Below are positions 1 to 6,688 of a stretch of DNA of 20,000 nucleotides, one piece after another. The stretch comes from an uncultured virus (IMG/VR IMGVR_UViG_3300031133_000283) (lineage: Duplodnaviria > Heunggongvirae > Uroviricota > Caudoviricetes). Both the position numbers and the translations under genes were made by a program. The stretch lies in the IMG/VR virus record IMGVR_UViG_3300031133_000283; one strand, 5' to 3'. Position 1 is the stretch's first letter. Each line of letters opens with the position of its first letter. The notes beneath the pieces are model-generated. The model had not been told where the DNA came from and did no database searches. It worked only from the letters and a program-made list of their open reading frames with translations.

Positions 1-1
1 T

Positions 2-250
2 CAGGTTGCCAGTGGCCCATCAGATACCGTTGCAGTGAATGACGGAACCATCAAAGTTACTGGTGAGAATAACGCAACATACAAGGGAACCTTTGTTGAC
101 GATAAAGGTAAGTCAGCTTCTCTCAATGATAAGCTTTCTGACAGCTACCTTGTTATGTGCGTGTCAGGTAGTTGCGAAAAAGGAACTTTCCATCTTATGA
201 GTAAAGACCGTATCTATGGAGAAGTCCAGAACATCAAAGAGAGCAAATGA
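2..250 (+). CDS. hypothetical protein, 5'-truncated by window edge
   Basis: The frame of ORF 35..250 is open back to position 2. Its stop overlaps the next ATG (ATGA at 247-250). Confidence 0.6.
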   Translation, partial: QVASGPSDTVAVNDGTIKVTGENNATYKGTFVDDKGKSASLNDKLSDSYLVMCVSGSCEKGTFHLMSKDRIYGEVQNIKESK

Positions 251-540
251 TTATGAACCTGAAAACATTGTGGGTTTCATCTCATGAACTCAAAGGAATC
301 TGGGAAGCCCTTCATGAGTACCGTTTCAACATTGGGCAGAAAAATGTGCATGTTGAGAATATTCTTACTGAATGTGGGATTGCAGAAACTCGAGCAGAGG
401 TACTCTACCCTGCTTATGAACGCATTGCTGTGAGCTTAGGAAAAACAGATGGTGCTATCCCATTGAAGCTCCTTCCTGCTGAATATGAGTTTTTAGCCAG
501 CCTTCCTTTGAATCAAGAACTGAAAGAGATATTACATTGA
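247..540 (+). CDS. hypothetical protein (97 aa)
   Basis: ORF overlaps its neighbours by 4 nt at both ends, suggesting translational coupling. No motif recognised. Confidence 0.65.
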   Translation: MIMNLKTLWVSSHELKGIWEALHEYRFNIGQKNVHVENILTECGIAETRAEVLYPAYERIAVSLGKTDGAIPLKLLPAEYEFLASLPLNQELKEILH

Positions 541-1007
541 CTACAAAGTTCCCAGTAGTTCCCATAAGTGTTATGAAGACACTAATGCCGAACTATCAAA
601 CTGAGGCAGAAGAACTTGTCACTGGCGGTCTCTGGTTCTACTCAATTCCTGACTCTCAGTTCTTGTCTTACGTTCCGAACATCAATGTATGCGTGAACGA
701 TGTAAAACCTCCAACGCACACGCTTTACAAAGAGAGCTTACAGTTCAATATTAGAAAATATGGAGCTGTATATGAAGTGTCAACGACTGATGCCTTCCCT
801 TCCAGTGTACTGTTAGCTTCTAATCTACAGGAACTTATCAACGAGTACTTGGATGTGACGGATGATTTATACGTAGGTGTTTTGAACAGTCTGACAGCTC
901 CGATAATTTTAGGTAGTAAAAAATCATTGGAAAGATTGTTTGTTGCCAGTGATGACGATAGCTATAAAGTGTTCCAGTTGAACCATTTCATTGAAAGAAA
1001 GGGTTGA
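537..1007 (+). CDS. hypothetical protein (156 aa)
   Basis: TTG start overlaps the upstream stop, with AAAGAG upstream. No motif recognised. Confidence 0.65.
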   Translation: MTTKFPVVPISVMKTLMPNYQTEAEELVTGGLWFYSIPDSQFLSYVPNINVCVNDVKPPTHTLYKESLQFNIRKYGAVYEVSTTDAFPSSVLLASNLQELINEYLDVTDDLYVGVLNSLTAPIILGSKKSLERLFVASDDDSYKVFQLNHFIERKG

Positions 1008-1014
1008 TATTCAT

Positions 1015-1269
1015 ATGTTTGGTAATTTAGAAACAGATATTCAAAGTCGTATCCCCGACCGTCCTAAAAGAGGCATTCCTGAGAAGATTTCAGATATGCC
1101 AGAACTTCCATGGCTTGCATCCCGCTACGTCCCACAGGCTAATGCAAAGCCAACTACAAAGACAATTATTTCTCGTTTAGTAAAGACTGCTATCCCTATT
1201 TTGGGGGCTCTTATCATCCTTGGCCTTATTGGTTTAGGTGCTATGCGTCTGTTTTCTTTCTATTCTTAA
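1015..1269 (+). CDS. small protein with C-terminal transmembrane helix
   Basis: Likely start is ATG 1015 (MFGNLE) after the purine-rich GAAAGAAAGGG. C-terminal hydrophobic stretch AIPILGALIILGLIGLGAM. Confidence 0.65.
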   Translation: MFGNLETDIQSRIPDRPKRGIPEKISDMPELPWLASRYVPQANAKPTTKTIISRLVKTAIPILGALIILGLIGLGAMRLFSFYS

Positions 1270-1288
1270 TATTTTTATTTGACTCAAG

Positions 1289-1317
1289 TTGACAAGAGGC
1301 TTTCTGGGTGCTAAAGT
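1289..1317 (+). promoter_or_regulatory. SigA/sigma70-type promoter for the exonuclease
   Basis: TTGACA (1289-1294), 17-nt spacer, TGc-TAAAGT (extended -10, 1312-1317). Confidence 0.7.
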
Positions 1318-1352
1318 ATAGCTACAAGCACCACAAAAGAAAGCCTCTTGTC
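1291..1352. repeat. inverted repeat enclosing the promoter -10 and the exonuclease start region
   Basis: GACAAGAGGCTTTCT (1291-1305) is the exact reverse complement of AGAAAGCCTCTTGTC (1338-1352). Inner pair GGTGCT (1307-1312)/AGCACC (1327-1332). Confidence 0.85.
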
Positions 1353-3213
1353 CTTTATGTCCGATTCACTTGATACCAACCCCGCGTTAGCTGTGCGGGC
1401 TGTCCCCCCTTACCGTGAGCGTTGGGACAAAATTGGCAGGCTCTATCATAAGCCTGGTTTTGAACTCCCGAGCGATTACCGGGAGCTTCCTGTTCTAAAA
1501 CAGCTTATTCGTGACGGTGATCTGGTTCCTTCCATCACCAATGTCATCGATGTTAAAGGTAGCCCTTACCTGGTTGACTGGGCAGCAAAGCTCGTCGCAA
1601 AAGAAGGTATTCGAATTGGTATCCGATTCGCACAAGACCTTGCGGCTCGAGAAGAGAAGGCTTTCCGTTATCTGAAAGATATCCCTCATACTGAGAAGAC
1701 TTTTTGGGGCACTCAGGGTACTAATGTGCACACTGCTTGTGAACTTATCTCTCTTGGGAAAGACTATTCTCATTTGAAATTGACTGAGTACGAGCAGCAA
1801 TGCGTGGACCAGTTCAAACGTTGGCTTGATGATTTCCAGCCAACGTTCAATTACACCGAGTTCACTGGATTCGGCACCACCCGTAATACTAAACTTGGGT
1901 TTGCTGGAACAGCAGACTTCCACGCCACTGTGAATGGAGTAAATATCTTGGGCGACTACAAATGCACGACTGATGACACGCTTATCCTGATGAAGGATGG
2001 TTCCCAGAAAAAAGCTAAGGATATTCAGGTTGGTGACGAAGTAGTTTCATGGTCTGAGAAGGATGGCCTCCGTTCTGACTACGTTTCATATGTTGGCTCC
2101 AATGGCGTGAAGAAAACATATACAGTTATCACTGAGCTGGGTCAGACTATTACTGTTACAGGTAACCACAAATTCCTCAAGCGTTCTGACCAGGGCATGG
2201 TTTGGTCTGAGAGTGAAACGTTGACTAGTGATGACCGTGTGTACATTGTTTCTGGTTGGTCACACTCTCCGTACAAGACTGAGACAGAATGGCCTTTCAA
2301 TAAGCATCTCTCTCCTTATCTCTTAGGTATGCTCTGGGCATTAGCACATCACAATAAAAACGAGTGGACTGATTCAGGTAAGGTTGATTACCCGACCAGC
2401 GCCCGCGCAGAACTGTTTGATGAGCTGGCTTCCTTCGGTTTCCTTCGTTCAGCAGATGACCGTATCCGTGTAAAGACAGGTCTGCGTCGTGTTGCTAACA
2501 AAACAAAGATTTCCATCGAAGAGCTTCTGGAACTCATCAACACGGACCGAATTCCTGATTTTGTTTTCACTTCCCCTCTTATTTTCCAGACTGCATTCAT
2601 GTCAGGTGTCCAGGAAGTGTTTGCAAATAAAGCTGTCAATGAAGATTACTTCTTTGTAGAGCACCGTGGTATTGAAAGTCTTCGCTCTTTGCAGCAGTTG
2701 TACTTCAATAACGGCCAGGTGACAAAGATTGGTGCAAACGCGAAGACAAAGCACCCAGTTCTGCGTCTTCCTATCCAGTCAGGTGAGCAGGTTCACATTT
2801 ACGGACTTGAAGAGGTAAAAGTTGTTCGAGTGACTGAAAACGAAGAACCTGTACACACTGTTGCTATCACCGTTGAGAACACCCACAATCACGTCACTGG
2901 TGGAGTCCTGACTCACAATACAAACCGCTCTGGTCTGCACGCAACTATTGCGTTACAGCTGGCAGCTAACCGTTTCGTGGATACTATTACTCCTGATAAC
3001 AGAACTATGATTACCCCTCCTCAGACAGACATCACTGCTGGTTTGCACCTTTCTCCAAAGGGATACACCTTCAAAGAGGTTGACTCTTCGGAGAAGATGT
3101 TCGGTATGTTTGAATCACTTCGTGAAGTTTGGCCGTTCCATGCATTTGAAGGGTCTTTGGATGACTCTAAGGGTGTTTTCTTGCGTACCATGAAAACTCC
3201 AGCTGATATTTGA
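1348..3213 (+). CDS. PD-(D/E)XK exonuclease (phage Cas4/RecB/YqaJ-like) containing an intein
   Basis: Extein motifs VPSITNVI..LVDWAAK, GTNVH, FAGTAD, ILGDYK|T and LQLAA. About 302 aa after removing the intein. The start may be TTG 1348 or ATG 1357. Confidence 0.85.
   Translation: MSFMSDSLDTNPALAVRAVPPYRERWDKIGRLYHKPGFELPSDYRELPVLKQLIRDGDLVPSITNVIDVKGSPYLVDWAAKLVAKEGIRIGIRFAQDLAAREEKAFRYLKDIPHTEKTFWGTQGTNVHTACELISLGKDYSHLKLTEYEQQCVDQFKRWLDDFQPTFNYTEFTGFGTTRNTKLGFAGTADFHATVNGVNILGDYKCTTDDTLILMKDGSQKKAKDIQVGDEVVSWSEKDGLRSDYVSYVGSNGVKKTYTVITELGQTITVTGNHKFLKRSDQGMVWSESETLTSDDRVYIVSGWSHSPYKTETEWPFNKHLSPYLLGMLWALAHHNKNEWTDSGKVDYPTSARAELFDELASFGFLRSADDRIRVKTGLRRVANKTKISIEELLELINTDRIPDFVFTSPLIFQTAFMSGVQEVFANKAVNEDYFFVEHRGIESLRSLQQLYFNNGQVTKIGANAKTKHPVLRLPIQSGEQVHIYGLEEVKVVRVTENEEPVHTVAITVENTHNHVTGGVLTHNTNRSGLHATIALQLAANRFVDTITPDNRTMITPPQTDITAGLHLSPKGYTFKEVDSSEKMFGMFESLREVWPFHAFEGSLDDSKGVFLRTMKTPADI
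1963..2919 (+). mobile_element. intein (319 aa) with a degenerate LAGLIDADG-type insert
   Basis: Block A CTTDDTLILMKDGSQKKAKDIQVGDEV, block B TITVTGNHKF (TxxH), blocks F/G TVAITVENTHNHVTGGVLTHN followed by +1 Thr. LAGLIDADG-like remnants PYLLGMLWAL and IPDFVF...AFMSGVQE. Confidence 0.92.
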
Positions 3214-3217
3214 TAGT

Positions 3218-3766
3218 ATGGCTCGTAAACCTATTCTACCTGACGAAAACGGCGTATACACTGACGCTCAATTAGAGCGCCTTCGCAACCGTGCCTGGAA
3301 TTCAGCAATCTGGCATCTTGGTCGCGCTCCTCAAACGGAGTATCAGATTCGTGAGAAACTCCGTAAGAAAATTATCCCTCAGGACATCATTGATGCGACT
3401 GTGGAAAAACTACTGAACGTAAAATATCTTAATGACCGTGACTATGCTGAGAACTTTATTTACAGTAAACGTAAGTATGAAAAGCTCGGTACGTCTGCTA
3501 TCAAAATGAAATTGTCGCAAAAAGGTGTTGACCGTGAAATCATTGATGAACTACTCGCAGAAGTAGACCCTGAAGATTTGCGAGAAACAGCCGTTATCTT
3601 AGCGGAAAAGAAAATGCGTTCTCTTATGCGAGAACCAGATAAGCAGAAACGTATCAGTAAGATGGTTTCTTTCTTAGCCTATCGTGGATACAACGCTGGC
3701 GTTGCTTATGATGTAGCAAAACAAGTGGTTGAAACAAGTGCTGAAAATGACCTGGATTATTCCTGA
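3218..3766 (+). CDS. recX: RecX family RecA regulator
   Basis: Typical RecX repeats: AIWHLGRAPQTEYQIREKL, YLNDRDYAENFI, G..AIKMKLSQKGV, KMVSFLAYRGY. Confidence 0.9.
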   Translation: MARKPILPDENGVYTDAQLERLRNRAWNSAIWHLGRAPQTEYQIREKLRKKIIPQDIIDATVEKLLNVKYLNDRDYAENFIYSKRKYEKLGTSAIKMKLSQKGVDREIIDELLAEVDPEDLRETAVILAEKKMRSLMREPDKQKRISKMVSFLAYRGYNAGVAYDVAKQVVETSAENDLDYS

Positions 3767-3814
3767 CTGTTAGAATAGATAGTAGAAACACACAGACAAC
3801 AGTAAAGGAAAATC

Positions 3815-5371
3815 ATGAGCGTTTTTGTTTCACACGATGGCGATGGTACCGAGGTATACGTAGCAACAGCAAAAGGTAAAGTTACTCAGTTAGATGAGAA
3901 AGCTAATGCTATTAATGTAAAGATTGAAGCTCCTTATTTAGACTACCCACTCAATGGTTGGTTGAACAAAGATGAGGAAATCCTTACAGCAATCCGTAAA
4001 GCGCATGAAGATGGAACCGAACATGAAGTTCGTATCGAATCTCAGCGTAAAAAAGGGTTAGACCGTTCCACCCCCATCCAAGAACTTCGTGAGAAAGATG
4101 CTAATAAGAACATCATCAAAAAGCTTGTAGCTTTTGATGGAGCTTTTACAGGAGAAGCTCTCACGAACCCTGAGGAAGACCCTGCTACTGGGCAGGCAAC
4201 CTCAGCTCTTAACAAACCAGCACGTAACAATACTGGTGGCACTTCAACTGGCGGAAGCACAAGCGTTAACAAAGAGGATGTTCTTGCTACTCTGAAAAGC
4301 TTGGCTACTGCACGCGAAGTTTCAGAAAGCGTCCTTGACGCAGTAAAAGCACAGGCACTTATCTCAGGAGCCACCGCAGCAGAAGTTATTGCTGCTTCAA
4401 CTCTTGCTGATGAAGAACCTAACGCAGTTCAGGCAGGTTTCAGTAAGGAAGCCCCTGGATTCAAAGAGTACAACTCTGATGGTCGCTTGAACTTAGGTGG
4501 ACCATCAGTTTCAGCAGGTGTTGGTGTATACAACTCTGTATATGAGCGACTTAACAAGCAGTTAGGGAAAGAACCTAATGCTGAAACAGTGGAATTCTTA
4601 GCACACTTGCTTCTTTCCATTGCTGACCGCATTCAGGTTGGAGCATATGGAACAGGCTTCCGTATTGACCGCACTGCTGGGTCCCATACCCGTGTTCGTG
4701 CATCGATTTACACGTTGCTTGACGCTGGTGTAGCACTTCCTATCAATACTGATGGCACTATTGCCAGCAAAGAAGCCGTAAACGACTTCGTTCAGTACGT
4801 TGGTAAAACAGCTCGCCATAACTTCCTTGCTGGAATCAAAGTTTCACAGCAGAACGTATCAGTCAACGCCTTGCTGGCCAGCTTGGACAAGTCAGCAGTT
4901 GCTGATGCAGCTCCTGTTAACACAGTTCCTGATGTAGCGCCTGAGGCACCTCAGTCAGCAGTAGAGGAATCTCAGGTAACTGTTACCTCTGGTATCGTTG
5001 CTCCTGCCTCAGAGGAGGAAGTAGCTACTCCCGCTGCAGCAACTGTTTCCAGCCCTGTCTCTGCGCCTGAACCAGTGAATGTTGTTGATGGCACTGAATG
5101 GTTCCCTCAGCAGCTTCTCCCACCAGGAGCAATCAATGCTTCCAACGCACCAAGCGAAGAAACTCTTGAAGAGTTCAAAAACTTTGTTGTAGAGGAAGCT
5201 AAATTGCAGTCAAAAGCAGAACAGGCACAAGTAGCGAAACTGTTGGCTCATACCTTCGGTAAGTCATACAGTAAGGCTTCCAATGTTCCTGATGAGCACC
5301 TTGGTGACTTCCTTGACTTCTACGTTGCCAGTGGCGTAGAGAACTTCAAGGCTGTTCTCGCCAGCTTCTAA
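3815..5371 (+). CDS. hypothetical 518-aa multidomain protein in the recombination cluster
   Basis: Strong RBS AAAGGAAA before the ATG. Globular segments are separated by G/S/T-rich and A/P/E-rich linkers. No family recognised with confidence. Confidence 0.85.
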   Translation: MSVFVSHDGDGTEVYVATAKGKVTQLDEKANAINVKIEAPYLDYPLNGWLNKDEEILTAIRKAHEDGTEHEVRIESQRKKGLDRSTPIQELREKDANKNIIKKLVAFDGAFTGEALTNPEEDPATGQATSALNKPARNNTGGTSTGGSTSVNKEDVLATLKSLATAREVSESVLDAVKAQALISGATAAEVIAASTLADEEPNAVQAGFSKEAPGFKEYNSDGRLNLGGPSVSAGVGVYNSVYERLNKQLGKEPNAETVEFLAHLLLSIADRIQVGAYGTGFRIDRTAGSHTRVRASIYTLLDAGVALPINTDGTIASKEAVNDFVQYVGKTARHNFLAGIKVSQQNVSVNALLASLDKSAVADAAPVNTVPDVAPEAPQSAVEESQVTVTSGIVAPASEEEVATPAAATVSSPVSAPEPVNVVDGTEWFPQQLLPPGAINASNAPSEETLEEFKNFVVEEAKLQSKAEQAQVAKLLAHTFGKSYSKASNVPDEHLGDFLDFYVASGVENFKAVLASF

Positions 5372-5376
5372 ACCCC

Positions 5377-5415
5377 GTTGGGTCCCCGTAGATATATTGT
5401 TTGCGGGGACCCAAC
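5377..5415 (+). terminator. long GC-rich hairpin (terminator or mRNA stabiliser, no U-tract)
   Basis: GTTGGGTCCCCGTA (5377-5390)/TGCGGGGACCCAAC (5402-5415), one G-U pair, just after the stop at 5371. Confidence 0.7.
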
Positions 5416-5426
5416 CCCTATGGAAA

Positions 5427-5441
5427 GCCTATAAGTAAAGT
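5427..5441 (+). promoter_or_regulatory. GCCNATA motif (sigma28-like -10 candidate), leaderless start
   Basis: GCCTATA 5427-5433, then 8 nt, then ATG 5442. No Shine-Dalgarno site in the gap. Confidence 0.5.
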
Positions 5442-5957
5442 ATGTTAGTAATTGGTATAGACCCTGGCGCAAAGTACACTGGTGTTTCTGTAAGGAACAT
5501 TGCAGAAGATACAATTCTTTTATCTTCAACATATGTAAAACCTGATGAAACTGAAATCTTTACTTGGGCGACAGAAGTTGCTCAATTGATTGCAGAGGAA
5601 GTTGTTTCCCAATTCCCAGATGCAAAAATTGGTATTGAAGGTATTTCCGATCCTAAGGGTTATAAAAATGGAAAACTTTCACCCCTGAATCCTAAATGGG
5701 TTATTCGTTTAGGAATTGTCGCTGGTGCAATTGCAAATGAATTCAGAGACGTGGCAGTCATTATTCCTCCTGGGAAAAATGGTTCATCACAAGCTGGATA
5801 TCCAGATGTTCTCAATGGTCGCCGCCCTGCTTCTCTTCCAGGAAAGTCAAAAGGTGCAGGAACTCGTAATCACGAGAAATCTGCATATGATGTTGCAGGA
5901 GAAATTCCTTTTGTCTCGGGAAATAATTATAAATTAGACTCAAAATCTGAGCTATAA
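5442..5957 (+). CDS. RuvC-like Holliday junction resolvase (RNase H fold)
   Basis: N-terminal VIGIDPG..TG, central IGIEG, LGIVAGAI helix, C-terminal NHEKSAYDVA. Confidence 0.8.
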   Translation: MLVIGIDPGAKYTGVSVRNIAEDTILLSSTYVKPDETEIFTWATEVAQLIAEEVVSQFPDAKIGIEGISDPKGYKNGKLSPLNPKWVIRLGIVAGAIANEFRDVAVIIPPGKNGSSQAGYPDVLNGRRPASLPGKSKGAGTRNHEKSAYDVAGEIPFVSGNNYKLDSKSEL

Positions 5958-6045
5958 AGAATAAAGACGTTAGACTATAAATAAGCAAGCGTAGACAGTT
6001 TACGTTATACGCCTTGACACATAACAAACACAGAAACGAAGAAAA

Positions 6046-6528
6046 ATGACAGCATATAACAAACACATTGTATCTGGCCGTATCGGACGTAAACCAGAAA
6101 TCCGTTACACTCCTTCCGGAGTCCCAGTTACTTCTTTCAGCTTGGCTCGCCAGCCTCGCCGTTTGAACCAGCAGACCAATCAGTGGGAAGATGGTGAACT
6201 CACTTGGTACGACGTTACCATGTTCAAGCGTCTTGCAGAGAACGTTGTTAGCTCTCTTGACCAGGGTCACGAAGTTACTGTTTTTGGTGAGCTGAAAGTC
6301 TCCCAGTACAAGACCCGCGATGGCGAAGCTCGCCAGAGTCTTGAAATTGTTGCAGATGATGTAGCAATCAGCCTTGACCACCAGATTGCTACCGTTACAG
6401 ACAAGTCTGCTTACGGAACTAAAGCTGGTGGAAACATCGGTGGTAACGGTGGCGGAAACGCACCTGCACGCACCAACAACACACCTGCTTACAGCGCACC
6501 TGCTGAGGATGACGACGCACCATTCTGA
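6046..6528 (+). CDS. ssb: single-stranded DNA-binding protein
   Basis: GRIGRKPEIRYTPSG, QWEDGELTWYDVTMF..LAENVVSSL, Gly-rich linker and acidic tail DDDAPF. Actinobacterial style. Confidence 0.96.
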   Translation: MTAYNKHIVSGRIGRKPEIRYTPSGVPVTSFSLARQPRRLNQQTNQWEDGELTWYDVTMFKRLAENVVSSLDQGHEVTVFGELKVSQYKTRDGEARQSLEIVADDVAISLDHQIATVTDKSAYGTKAGGNIGGNGGGNAPARTNNTPAYSAPAEDDDAPF

Positions 6529-6540
6529 TTCAATCAGTAA

Positions 6541-6578
6541 GAAATACCTCCCACTTCACACGAAGTGGGAGGTATTTC
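6541..6578 (+). terminator. perfect 17-bp hairpin after ssb
   Basis: GAAATACCTCCCACTTC-acac-GAAGTGGGAGGTATTTC. Confidence 0.8.
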
Positions 6579-6688
6579 CCGTTAAGGGACAATATAGCAA
6601 TGATTTTCACATTCTTATGAGGATACAGATAGATATAAACGACCCCCTTGCAGCAAGATGCTTGCACTGAGCCAATATTAGAAGTGAT

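Noticed and set aside
1348..5957. CRISPR-associated reading of the Cas4-like nuclease and the RuvC-like protein
   Set aside because: No repeat-spacer array or cas1/cas2 is seen, the RuvC-like protein is resolvase-sized, and the context is recombination.
5812..6381. 189-aa minus-strand ORF and other antisense or alternate-frame ORFs (e.g. 1495..1923, 4042..4374, 6995..7333, 11975..12289, 16881..17198)
   Set aside because: They are shadows of well-supported + strand genes and show no recognisable motifs.
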